64,000 nucleotides of DNA, from positions 121,991 to 185,990 of the forward strand of contig CAWISZ010000002.1 in assembly GCA_963838955.1 (NCBI GenBank). The letters run 5' to 3'. The translations under genes were made by a program, and so were the position numbers. The stretch is from an uncultured Thermoplasmata archaeon. Lineage in GTDB: Archaea; Thermoplasmatota; Thermoplasmata; Lutacidiplasmatales; UBA184. This document shows positions 1-9,110 of the stretch, piece after piece. The notes below the pieces were generated by a model. That model was not told where the DNA came from. It ran no database searches and saw nothing but the letters and a program-made list of their open reading frames with translations. Position 1 is the first letter of the stretch. Every line of letters begins with the position of its first letter.

Positions 1-257
1 AGATTCGAGCCTCTTACCTCACTGACGAAGAATGCGTTCGTCTCCCCAAAGTGGACAGCCGAGCAACTCCAACAGGTGGCAGCCGCCAGGCGAGTTATGG
101 GCTTCGCTGGAGCGTTCCCGCCGTACGAATACCTGGTTCACAAACTCCGCCGAGCTCGATCTTTCGAGACGGCGTTCCGCTTGCGGAAACGGCGGGTGCA
201 CGGCCCCTCGGTCCGGCCGCGGAGGACGAGTATTCCGCGGTATGGAGGTGATTTGGA

Positions 258-662
258 TTGGCGGATGCAGAAGCAGCGAAACTTAAGGTTGGGTCGCCGC
301 TAGGTTACGCAGACAAATTCTGGCAGATCGGATCCCTAGCTCCGCCTGCTACCTGCCTCTGCTGTGGACGAGAAATCAACAAGGAGGGGCGGGAGGTCAA
401 AGGCCCGTACACCAGGGGACCGTACCGCTACGTCTGCAGCGACTGTTGGAAGCTGCCCTTCCTGTACTTTCCAGACAAGAAGCTGGCGGCCTGCGGGGAA
501 TGCTGGATCTCCCCGGATTCGAGGAGCCATCATCACATCCGTGCCACGGCCCCCCGGGGAGCACGAATTGGGCGGGCTCAAGAGGATCGGAGGCGGGCGA
601 TGGTCGCGAAACCTCGAGTAGGGAAAGTGTCCGTGCGCGCCCGTCGCCGAAAAGCGCGCTAG
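258..662 (+). CDS. Cys-rich hypothetical protein (three CxxC-like pairs, Arg-rich tail)
   Basis: ORF with CLCCG, CSDCW and CGECW motifs; moderate GC3; no family recognised. Confidence 0.3.
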   Translation: MADAEAAKLKVGSPLGYADKFWQIGSLAPPATCLCCGREINKEGREVKGPYTRGPYRYVCSDCWKLPFLYFPDKKLAACGECWISPDSRSHHHIRATAPRGARIGRAQEDRRRAMVAKPRVGKVSVRARRRKAR

Positions 663-989
663 TTGGTCCGGTCAACATAGTGTTCGTGGTTGCTGATTTC
701 ATCATTCATTTCGGCGAAAAGGGCTGTTTGAGACAAGGGCACTGAAATGATTAGGGGCGCACATTTAAACTGACTCGGGTCAAGGCAGGTGGCACCTGTC
801 GGAGCCGGTCATACGCCTGGGCGGATCGCGCGGGTTTGCAACGACTTGGGGTCTGGTTGGGAGCCTCTAACCGACGCCGCCTTTGGGCGCCGCTTAACCA
901 CCCCTCCCACGGTTGGACTGCCGTAACTGTCACTCTTGGCATTCAATGGACGACTCTCGCAGGCACAGTGAAACGCGCCCTAGTGACCT

Positions 990-1391
990 TTACGGCCGCT
1001 CCCACCTGACCGCTCCGATCCGGAACTTCGTGGGGTTGTCCTCTGCTTCGAATCCCGGGCCTACCAGCTCGATTGTGGCGCCGACGAGCTCACGAGGGGT
1101 CAGCCCCTTCGATTGCAGGTCCTCCAGGAACTTCTCCCACCCTTCGAGATCTTCCGAGTCCACTTCCCAGAGAGTGCCGCCTCGGCGCAAGACGAGCCAC
1201 CAAAGGCCGAATCCCCCCTTGGCTTCGACCAATGAGGACAGGGAAGTAACGGTGAACTCCCCCCTTCCGTCAGCCAACGACTCCCCGTCCTTTTGGAACG
1301 CGATGCCCAAGTCCTCGATGCTGGCAGGACCCTCGTTCTTCCAGAGGACGCGGGCGAGGTCCTCTCCTGTGATCACGGGAGTCGGCTTCAC
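990..1391 (-). CDS. hypothetical protein
   Basis: 133-aa ORF with high-GC3 codon usage and an acidic, Trp-containing C-terminal half; no family recognised. Confidence 0.5.
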   Translation of the reverse strand: MKPTPVITGEDLARVLWKNEGPASIEDLGIAFQKDGESLADGRGEFTVTSLSSLVEAKGGFGLWWLVLRRGGTLWEVDSEDLEGWEKFLEDLQSKGLTPRELVGATIELVGPGFEAEDNPTKFRIGAVRWERP

Positions 1392-1669
1392 CGCGTTCCA
1401 CCGTGCGCAGGCCTTGAGGGCGTGGTCCGAACCCAGCGGCTCTTCCGCAACATTTCGATCGGCACTTCAGCGAACATACAGTTGCTCCGGGGAGTGGTAA
1501 ATGAGGGCCTGCACCTCGCCCTTCGCGGTCCACATCACTTCCGCCCGGTCTCCGGCGTAGTCGGAATGTTGAGAGGCTGCACAATGGTCCGCATGTAGCG
1601 GACGTATCTAATCTGTCCGCCGATCGTCAAACGTATGTTCAATGGGCTCCCAGCCCAAATCTCCCGTAG

Positions 1670-2089
1670 GTTTCGGTCCCCCGTCCTCTTCGTGATCATA
1701 ACACCAGCCGGTGCTGTACACCAAGGACCCAGACCTGGGCCGAGGTGACGGCGCACGATCGGTCTCAGACCGGGCTGGGCTACTGGCTCCGAGGGGCGAC
1801 CGAGCAACTCATCGTTGCCGGCCGCGGCTCGCCCCGGAGGCGCTTCACGGGCCCGCACGGCGCCTCCGGGAAGGCGTGGAGCACCCTGCTGCTCGCGCGC
1901 CGCCGGGAGCACTCCCAGAAGCCCGACGAGGTCTATGCGATGGCCGAGGACATCGGCCCCATGCCTCGCTTGGAGCTGTTCGCTCGCTACCACCGGGGCG
2001 GCTGGGCGACCTGGGGCAACGTGACCCCGAAGGCGGGGCTCTACGGGCTCGGGAGCTTCGGGGCGCCGATCGCCGCGGACGCCGGGTGA
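1670..2089 (+). pseudogene. MT-A70 family N6-adenine DNA methyltransferase, C-terminal remnant only
   Basis: Translation GLGYWLRGATEQLIVAGRG...REHSQKPDEVYAMAEDIGPMPRLELFARYHRGGWATWGN matches MT-A70 C-terminal motifs. In-frame TAG just upstream (about 1667) and no DPPW-containing N-terminal half in any frame. Confidence 0.6.
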
Positions 2090-2099
2090 GCCCCTCTCC

Positions 2100-2760
2100 G
2101 TAGCGTCGACCGCACGAGGCGAGGACCGCACTGTGGACCTTCGTGGAGCTGGTGCGGAGCGGTCATCCCTCCAGGCTCAAGGAGGCGTATCCTTGAGCGT
2201 GGACGGGCTTCCACCCCGTGTTGTGGACTCGCGGCCCTCGTTCTACCACCGCCCAGGGGATGAGGAGTGGGGGGCCCAACGTTGGGGGGGAGTGGTCCCC
2301 CCTCCGCGCTCAAGGCCGCGCGGCCTTGAACCTGGAGGGGCACCTTCGGAGGGGACCCCCCCGTCCGTAAGGGGGGCGGGACGGGGGTGTAGGGGGCCCC
2401 CCTACCTTGCCCCCAACCCTGCGAAGGTTCGAGGTAGCTTCGGTCCGAGGTTCCCGTCAGAGTAAGGGACTATGGTCCCTCGAGGTACCCCGGAAGGTTC
2501 TCGTCAGAGCCGACGGACCCATGGACCTAGGTACAGCGGCCTCAGGGGAATGAGCCGCCCGGGCACCGACGACCAGTGGCGTCCCCCACGGATGACGACG
2601 TTCGGCCCTGAAGGCGCCCTGGCCCCGAGCGTACCTCGCGCGGGTGAGTTTCAATCGATGGATTACGGCCGGGATGTCTAGCGGCGCTTCGTCTGTAACT
2701 GAATACTGAGACTCGGCCCCATCATATACCTCCTCTCGAATATCACCGGAGAAGGAGACG
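2100..2760. repeat. ORF-free region rich in G-run/C-run hairpins and a short repeated motif
   Basis: Near-perfect palindrome GTAGGGGGCCCCCCTAC (about 2389-2405); G7...C6 hairpin (about 2284-2302); GGGAC-TATG-GTCCC hairpin; motif GGTTCYCGTCAGAG present twice. All six frames give only Pro/Gly/Arg low-complexity translations. Confidence 0.4.
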
Positions 2761-2764
2761 GAAA

Positions 2765-3379
2765 ATGCCGGGACTAAGTAGACTTACAAGGCAGCACCTC
2801 GAGAATCTGATACGTCGAATGCCGAACGCGTCCCTGGCTGAGCTGGCCCGTCGGACCGGGCATTCTAAGAAGGCGATCGAGAAATTCTGCCAGCTGAACG
2901 GCATTGAAGTGGCGGGCGAGGCACCCGTGAATCAAGAGCCGACTGTCATAAAGGTCACAGCTACGGTTAGTGACCCCTCCGCGGGCCGATGGGTGGAGCC
3001 TCTCCCGCCGATTCCCCTGTTGCCCGCTGACGAACTTAGATGGGCAATCGAGACCTTCCGAAGCCTTGGTCCCGGTCTGCCCGATAAGTACGCGACGTGG
3101 GGACCCTTGGGCGTCTTCGTCTGGTACAGGGACGCTTTCTGGGCGCAGCTCGACGAGCTTGGGAAGCTCGAGGACAAGGTCAAGTCGCTGGGCAGGGCCG
3201 CACAGTACCCGGAGGGCACAGCATCTCGAGCAAAAAGTCCGGGAACTCGAAATCGAGAAGGACCTGTACGATCGACCGATTCCAGCAGGAAAGTCGCTAC
3301 CTGCAGGATGAGCGCGACCGCCGCGGTCAGACCATCTCGAACTACTCGCGCAAGGACAAGGAGCAGCAAATGCAGCTGA
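2765..3379 (+). CDS. HTH-containing hypothetical protein; 3-prime part degraded across three frames up to about 3597
   Basis: N-terminal helix-turn-helix-like segment NASLAELARRTGHSKKAIEKF. Coding signal hops between frames after about 3215 (ORFs 2970..3311 and 3097..3597). Abuts IS630 left end. Confidence 0.4.
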   Translation: MPGLSRLTRQHLENLIRRMPNASLAELARRTGHSKKAIEKFCQLNGIEVAGEAPVNQEPTVIKVTATVSDPSAGRWVEPLPPIPLLPADELRWAIETFRSLGPGLPDKYATWGPLGVFVWYRDAFWAQLDELGKLEDKVKSLGRAAQYPEGTASRAKSPGTRNREGPVRSTDSSRKVATCRMSATAAVRPSRTTRARTRSSKCS

Positions 3380-3545
3380 ACGCGGCACATGCTCGCCTTC
3401 CGGCCATCGACCGGGGACTCGACCTTGAGCAGGCTCGACGAATTCACGAAGCAGAGGAAAGGGGCAGAGCCCAGGGAGAGGCACGGATGTACTCCATCCT
3501 CACACCGGAGGAGATTTCCTCTAGGGAAGCCCAGCTAGCTCGAGT

Positions 3546-4712
3546 ACGGGAAGGTCATCGAGCTAGTGTAGCGTCCTCTGAATGGCTACGGTTATAACCG
3601 GGGAGGTCTTGGGGGCCATGTGCGAGTCGCCCCACCATTGCCTCTCACGCTGGAGGAACGGGACAGCCTCGAGAGCTGGGCGAGGGGCCACTCGACCCCT
3701 CATCGCCTCGTCCTCCGGGCCAAGATCGTCCTGAGGGCCACCGAAGGGGCTCAGAACAAGCAGATCGCCGAGGAGCTCGGCGTCCAAGCCAACACCTGCG
3801 CTCTTTGGCGCCATCGCTTCCACCACCTTCGCCTTCCCGGTCTCGAACAGGACGCCCCTCGAGCCGGTGGACCGCTGCAGATTCCCGACTCCACGATTCG
3901 GTCAATCGTCCACGACACGCTGCACACCAAGCCCCCGAACGCCACTCACTGGTCCACTCGGACGATGGCCGCACGGTACGGTGTGAGCCCCAACACCATT
4001 CACCAGATCTGGAGGGCGCGACGGCTCCAGCCACATCGACTGGAGCACTACAAGCTCAGCAAGGACAAACATTTCGAGGAGAAGCTCCGGGATGTTGTCG
4101 GCCTCTACCTCAATCCCCCCGAGCATGCCCTCGTGCTGAGCGTCGACGAGAAGACCCAGATCCAGGCGCTCGATCGGACCCAATCGATCCTCCCCTTGCG
4201 CGAAGGCATCCCCGAGCGACAGACCCACGACTATCGGCGGAACGGGACCACCGACCTCTTCGCGGCGCTCGATATCCTCAGCGGAAAGATCGTGGGGGAA
4301 TGCCACAAACGGCACCGAGCGAAGGAGTTCCTGACCTTCCTCCGAACCATTGACCGCACCACTCCTCCCGAGTTGGACCTCCACCTGATCCTCGACAACC
4401 TCGCTACGCATCGCACGGCGAGAGTGAAGCGGTGGGTTCTGCGGCACCCGCGCTTTCACTTCCATTTCGTTCCGACCAGCTCGTCTTGGTTGAACCAGGT
4501 CGAGCGGTGGTTCAAGGAGATTACCGACAAGCGGATTCGTCGGGGAACCTTCCGCAGCGAACTCGAGCTGATTGGGGCCGTGAAGCTCTACATCGAGCGG
4601 TACAACGAGGTCCCGAAACCGTTCATCTGGAGGGCTACGGCCGACGCGATCTTGTCAAAGATACAGAAGCACCAGTTAAACGTAGAACTGACGAGGACAC
4701 TACACTAGGAAA
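3546..4712 (+). mobile_element. IS630 family insertion sequence (about 1.17 kb)
   Basis: Transposase flanked by imperfect terminal inverted repeats CTAGTGTAGCGTCCTC (about 3546-3561) and GAGGACACTACACTAG (about 4697-4712), 15 of 16 complementary. TA present at both junctions. Confidence 0.75.
3620..4708 (+). CDS. IS630 family transposase (DDE)
   Basis: 362 aa; N-terminal HTH region; catalytic region with DNLATH...SSWLNQVERWF typical of IS630/Tc1-mariner transposases. Confidence 0.9.
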   Translation: MRVAPPLPLTLEERDSLESWARGHSTPHRLVLRAKIVLRATEGAQNKQIAEELGVQANTCALWRHRFHHLRLPGLEQDAPRAGGPLQIPDSTIRSIVHDTLHTKPPNATHWSTRTMAARYGVSPNTIHQIWRARRLQPHRLEHYKLSKDKHFEEKLRDVVGLYLNPPEHALVLSVDEKTQIQALDRTQSILPLREGIPERQTHDYRRNGTTDLFAALDILSGKIVGECHKRHRAKEFLTFLRTIDRTTPPELDLHLILDNLATHRTARVKRWVLRHPRFHFHFVPTSSSWLNQVERWFKEITDKRIRRGTFRSELELIGAVKLYIERYNEVPKPFIWRATADAILSKIQKHQLNVELTRTLH

Positions 4713-5082
4713 GCGGTGGGATTGGGAAGTGGAGCGGGTGGGAATCGAGGCGAAGTACGAAGGACTGAAGTGGGTGCGCTCCCGCATCGACCGCCTCAAC
4801 AACTCGCCCCCGACGTCTGTTTCCCCTGGTGCTGAGCTGAAGGAGAAACTCGACAACCGGAGTGGCCCCGAGCCCCGAGCCGACTTCGAAGCGCTGGCTG
4901 CTGCCTTCCGGTCCCAAACGGCCGCCGCCGTCCAGTACATGACCGACATGGCAATGCAGGACCTAGGTCCGAATGAGACTGCACCAGACAAACACCAGAT
5001 GGGCGAAATCATTTCCCGACTCGAGGGCATCGTGAAGTCGGGCGTGATCCTCGCGAAGACCGCCTGCGAGGTCATCTCCTAA
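4713..5082 (+). CDS. hypothetical protein fragment downstream of IS630
   Basis: Continuation of ORF 4432..5082 beyond the IS630 right end; coding-like codon usage; no start codon of its own. Confidence 0.3.
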
Positions 5083-5445
5083 TCGCCAACGGCGACTTCG
5101 ATTCGGGCTTAACCGTTAGTCCGGAGCATCCCGATTCGTCGGGCCCTGACCGTTAGCATCATGCCAATGTACGCGCGCGGGAGCCGATTCAGGCACCTTT
5201 CCATAGACGTCCCCAGTGCTCGACCCCGAGGACCCCACCTACGCCGTAGCCAACGCATCGCGGCCGGCGTTTCTCATCATGACGCTCCCGGAGCCGATCG
5301 ACTGGACCGTCCCCCGAAAGTTAACAACTTGACTCGGTGGTGAACAGAGCAATCCCTCCCGACCAGCCCGTCGACTGTTCCGGTCGTCGGCAGCTAAGCG
5401 ATCATGAGACGGTAGGCACCCGCCTGCATCGACACCGGCGTCGAT

Positions 5446-5898
5446 TCATCCAGAGCCCACGTCAGCGTCATCCCAGGTTGATTCTTCGGCTTCCTCCTTC
5501 ACCCGCTCGACCCAGACCACTACCCCGGGCGTGCCGTACTCCTTCTCGGCCTCGAGTCGCACCACCTGCGCGTCGTCTCTCCACACGATCCCCGTGAGAC
5601 TGTCGAGGCAGGCCCGAACGAGCTTGTCGAGATCCGGCCGGCGCTCCGGCCACGTCCGTAGCTTCTTCGGCGCGCTCTTCGGCTTCGGCACGTAGAACAT
5701 CAGCGTCACCGCCAGCGGGCCTTCCCACAAGCTGCTCGGAGCGTGCTGCTGGGCGACGTCGGAAACGAGGCGTCGCCACGCAGCCAAGCCTCGGTTCGCG
5801 GTCGTAATGTGGACCTTCCCGCCCACGACGAACCCACGCGCACTTCCTTGGGGTGCCGGAACTCCTCGGACCTCGAAGGAGATCATCTCCGCGCTCAT
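5446..5898 (-). CDS. rusA: RusA-like Holliday junction resolvase
   Basis: RRPDLDKLVRACLDSLTGIVWRDDAQVV aligns with the E. coli RusA core [29 protein letters not shown]. Start overlaps the stop of the upstream gene (ATGA). Confidence 0.8.
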   Translation of the reverse strand: MSAEMISFEVRGVPAPQGSARGFVVGGKVHITTANRGLAAWRRLVSDVAQQHAPSSLWEGPLAVTLMFYVPKPKSAPKKLRTWPERRPDLDKLVRACLDSLTGIVWRDDAQVVRLEAEKEYGTPGVVVWVERVKEEAEESTWDDADVGSG

Positions 5899-6422
5899 GC
5901 TCGAACCCGCCCGTGGACCATCTCGCGGGTCTCTTCGACGGCGGCCAGCGCCTCCTGCACCTTGAGCAGCAGGCTCTCCCGCAGCCGCTCCGTGAACTTC
6001 GCATCCGCTTCATCGAGGGCCGAGTAGAGCGCGACCTCGGCGCGCAGCGACTCGTACTCGGCCAGCCGAAGCGTGAACCCGATCCTCGCCCAGTCCCTTC
6101 CCGCATAGGGTCCTGGCTCGCCGGGGCTCTCCTGCGCGAGGGCGAGCGACTGAGGACATGCCGCAGTCGGAGATTCCTCTGACCCATGCCGCGTCGTGCC
6201 CTGCGCGCTGCAAGGAGGGGCGTGCTTGAACCTCCGCGACTCCCGGTCCCAGAGAAGCCTGCTGATTGGGGTTCCGGCGGGTAGGACGCCCCCGCACTCC
6301 GAGCAGCGTAGATCCTTGTGCAGCAGCTCGCCGTGGCCGCTTCCCAGGCTTGACGGTGTCTTCTGTTCGGCCCCAGGCCCTGTGGCGACCCCCGTAGAGT
6401 TCGACATCACTTCCACTCTCAC
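5895..6422 (-). CDS. hypothetical protein with CxxC pair and C-terminal coiled-coil, coupled to rusA
   Basis: 175 aa; CSECGG motif; its 5-prime end plus about 80 bp upstream lie inside direct repeat copy A. Confidence 0.55.
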   Translation of the reverse strand: MRVEVMSNSTGVATGPGAEQKTPSSLGSGHGELLHKDLRCSECGGVLPAGTPISRLLWDRESRRFKHAPPCSAQGTTRHGSEESPTAACPQSLALAQESPGEPGPYAGRDWARIGFTLRLAEYESLRAEVALYSALDEADAKFTERLRESLLLKVQEALAAVEETREMVHGRVRA

Positions 6423-6500
6423 CCGCGGGAGACGACGCTACGAACGAGCGAGTCTCTTCAAGGCGGGCCCAACACAAGTGGCGCTGCCCTGAGGTGCTTC
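6214..6500. repeat. direct repeat copy A (about 287 bp)
   Basis: About 85-90% identical by eye to 8797-9082, same orientation. Confidence 0.7.
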
Positions 6501-6603
6501 CCACGCTGACCGTCAGCGGGTTTGCGATGCGACGGTGTCTCGCGCCCTCCCACCGGAGTATCAGTCTCCTCGGATCTCTCGAGGATCCTCGGGCGGCGGG
6601 GCA

Positions 6604-7002
6604 ATGACAGCGGCTCGCGGGTTTTTCGAGGTCGAGCTGAAACCGGAGTCAGACGACCGCCGCGCCGATGGAAACAGCCTCGGATGCGTGGTCGTTGAAA
6701 AGCGATTCCATGGCGATCTCGAGGGGTCTGGCCATGGCCGGATGCTAACCGGCACGACCCGCGTGGAAGGCTCCGCAGGGTACGTGCTGATTGAGCGGGT
6801 TCGGGGCAAGCTCCACGGGCACTCCGGCACCTTCCTTCTGCAACATTGGGGCGTCCTCAATCACGGTGCCGCGAAACAGACCATAGAGATTCTCCCGGAT
6901 TCCGGCACGGGGGAACTTGCAGGACTCACGGGACACATGATGGTCCATATCGCGGGCGGAAAGCACTCCTACCAGCTCGAGTACACTCTGCCCGGTCGGT
7001 GA
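6604..7002 (+). CDS. DUF3224 family protein
   Basis: Pattern FEVELKPES...GRMLT...GYVLIERV...GTFLLQH...DSGTGELAGLTG...HSYQLEY. ORF opens at 6535; the more likely start is the Met at 6604. Confidence 0.6.
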   Translation: MTAARGFFEVELKPESDDRRADGNSLGCVVVEKRFHGDLEGSGHGRMLTGTTRVEGSAGYVLIERVRGKLHGHSGTFLLQHWGVLNHGAAKQTIEILPDSGTGELAGLTGHMMVHIAGGKHSYQLEYTLPGR

Positions 7003-7353
7003 CTTGAGCGCGCCAGCGAGCATCCGCCAAGCGTCTGGCACCCGCCAGTTCGTAAGCGACGATTACCTACTCTTCGATGATGCCCGTGTTTCAAACAGGC
7101 TGAGCACAATCCTCCGGAGGTGACAGGATCCCGTTTCGCGTCAGCGGACACCCAACCCAGATCGAGCCCCCATTCCTCCCCCCTAAACGGTCAGTTACGA
7201 GAAACCGGACCGGTTCCGGTGCCGAACTGGGACCCGCTGATAGAGTGATGTCGACCCTGATCTAATTCCGGGCGACCGTTCCCTCGGGGTTCGGCGACCG
7301 GGATATTGGCTGCCGGTCCCCAAGGAATCCGTCGTCCCGGGAGGCTATTTGCG

Positions 7354-7815
7354 ATGGGGGAATCCCTGCTCCCGCAGGTAAATCACATGGTCGCCGAGAA
7401 GACGCTACGATTTCAGGGTAAGAATCGAGACCTGAGCATGCTCGGCCAGCAGATCGTCCAACAGCTCCAGAGTCAAGGGTACAAGGTCCAGTCCACCACA
7501 TCCCCGACCGGGACGGTGATCCAGGCCGCCAAGGCCGGAATCCTGCGCGATATCATCGCGGCAGATCGGGTATTCTCCATCCTGATTTCGGGCCAGCCCG
7601 ACGATTTCACCGTGCGCGTCGGCATCGGCAAGCTGATCCAGAACCTCGCGGTGACCGCCGTCGAGGCATTGCTGCTCACCGAGCTCTTCCTAGTCGTGGA
7701 CGTCCCTGAGATGCTCTGGACCGTGCATGTGGAAAAGCAGGTCATCCAGCAGATCGAGCAGATTGTGGCGAGCCCATCGACGTCGGCGCCCATCGAAGGG
7801 ACCCCTCTGAAATAG
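7354..7815 (+). CDS. hypothetical protein
   Basis: ORF 7306..7815, Gln/Ile-rich, coding-like; no family recognised; start uncertain. Confidence 0.45.
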   Translation: MGESLLPQVNHMVAEKTLRFQGKNRDLSMLGQQIVQQLQSQGYKVQSTTSPTGTVIQAAKAGILRDIIAADRVFSILISGQPDDFTVRVGIGKLIQNLAVTAVEALLLTELFLVVDVPEMLWTVHVEKQVIQQIEQIVASPSTSAPIEGTPLK

Positions 7816-8038
7816 TGAGAAACGGACGCCTTCTCCGGCTGGTCCCATGCTCGTACGATCTCCGAGAGCATTGGACCGTACGCCGTCCGAATGGCCTCGT
7901 CGAGAGAATCGACCTTAGCCAGCATAAGGCAGCAGACCTCCTCGCCCGTGTTCCAGACGACCCGCCTGCCATGGAGGAGGTGAATCGGTGCGCGTGGAAG
8001 AATGGGTTTAAGAGGAGGCGCGGGGGAGAATCAGCCCT

Positions 8039-8731
8039 ATGGCTCTCGGCAGCGCCCCGCTCCACCGCTCGGTCCGCACCGGCGCCATCTTGTTCGTCTT
8101 GGGACCGCTCGCATTCGTCGCTGCGATGATCGTGGCGCAACTCTACTACCCGAACTATTCGTTGTCGACCAACTTTATCAGCGACCTCGGTAACACGGCC
8201 AACTCGCCATTGTGGTACGTCTTCAGCGCGGGTATCATCCTGCTCGGGCTCCTCGCCATCGCTGCGATCCTGTTGCTCTGGAGCACCTTCCCCGACGGAG
8301 GGCTCCGGGTCGCAGGTCTCGGGCTGCTGTTGGTCGCCAGCGTCGGCGCGATCGTAGTCGGCTTTTTCCCGGAGAACGTGAACGGAACCGTCCATGGAAC
8401 CGCGTCCCTGGTGGTCTTCCTGCCAAGTGGCCTGGCTCTCCTGGCGCTCGGAGCCTCGATGCGCGAGACCTCGGGCTGGGAGTCGCTCCGATGGTTCTCC
8501 ATCGCCCTCGGCGCCATCACCCTCGTCTTCGTCGCCCTCTTTCACTTCACGAGCGTCGGCGCCAACCTGTACCCCGGCCTCTTCGAACGCATCGTGGTCG
8601 CGCCGGTCCTCCTCTGGTCCATCGTGGTTGGGATCTTCCTAGCGAGGTTTCCCGTGCGGGCGCCTCACTGGGTGGCTGGCCTCGCCCACGTAGCTTCGAC
8701 CCCGAGGCGCCGCTCCGGGGGTTTATTTTGA
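8039..8731 (+). CDS. DUF998-like integral membrane protein
   Basis: 230 aa, about six predicted TM helices. Confidence 0.6.
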   Translation: MALGSAPLHRSVRTGAILFVLGPLAFVAAMIVAQLYYPNYSLSTNFISDLGNTANSPLWYVFSAGIILLGLLAIAAILLLWSTFPDGGLRVAGLGLLLVASVGAIVVGFFPENVNGTVHGTASLVVFLPSGLALLALGASMRETSGWESLRWFSIALGAITLVFVALFHFTSVGANLYPGLFERIVVAPVLLWSIVVGIFLARFPVRAPHWVAGLAHVASTPRRRSGGLF

Positions 8732-8759
8732 CGTTCACGCAACCCTTCCCCTTGGTCCA

Positions 8760-8993
8760 TCAAAAGCCGCGATCTGTTACGCTCAGAACCTGACGTTTGA
8801 ACCTCCGCGAATCTCGGTCCCAAACAAGCATGCTGGTCGGGGTGCCAGTCGGTAGGACGCCGCCGCACTCCGAGCAGCGTAGATCCTTGTGCAGCAGCTC
8901 GCCGTGTCCGCTTCCCGCGCTTGGCGGTGTCTTCTGTTCGGCCTCAGGCCCTGTTGCGACCTCCGTAGAGTTCGACATCAGTTCCACTCTCAC
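8760..8993 (-). pseudogene. truncated paralog (5-prime fragment) of gene 5895..6422
   Basis: First about 66 aa (MRVELMSNSTEVATGPEAEQKTP...CSECGGVLPTGTP) closely match the N-terminus of the 5895..6422 product, then a premature stop. Lies inside direct repeat copy B. Confidence 0.55.
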
Positions 8994-9082
8994 CCGAGGG
9001 AGGCGACGCTACGAACGAGCGAGTCTCTTCGAGGTGGACCCGACACGAATGGCGCTGTCCTGACGTGCTATCCCGCGTTCGT
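8797..9082. repeat. direct repeat copy B (about 286 bp)
   Basis: Aligned by eye to 6214-6500. Confidence 0.7.
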
Positions 9083-9110
9083 TCTCAACGGGCTAACGCT
9101 GCGACGAATC

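Noticed and set aside
660-990. Lower-GC 330-bp gap as a candidate SRP or RNase P RNA gene
   Set aside because: None of the conserved motifs I can recall for archaeal 7S or RNase P RNA are present. More likely an intergenic promoter region.
1040-1080. tRNA-like T-loop sequences (CTTCGAATCCCGG at about 1050; GGTTCGAATCGG at about 30490)
   Set aside because: Both lie inside well-supported coding sequences, and neighbouring bases cannot form acceptor or T stems. No tRNA could be supported anywhere by eye.
2100-2760. CRISPR array or other regularly spaced repeat array
   Set aside because: The repeats here are irregular palindromes without constant spacing. No CRISPR-like periodicity was seen anywhere in the window.
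5468-6187. Long ORFs on the opposite strand of real genes with Arg/Pro/Gly-rich low-complexity translations. Examples: 5468..6187, 7742..8545, 12349..13068, 17134..18021, 32530..33498, 36681..37358, 37843..38868, 41725..42672, 43040..44059, 44802..45902, 53266..54843, 56578..57384, 57497..58159
   Set aside because: Typical shadow ORFs of a 65% GC genome. They overlap well-supported genes, have low GC3, and have no recognisable motifs.
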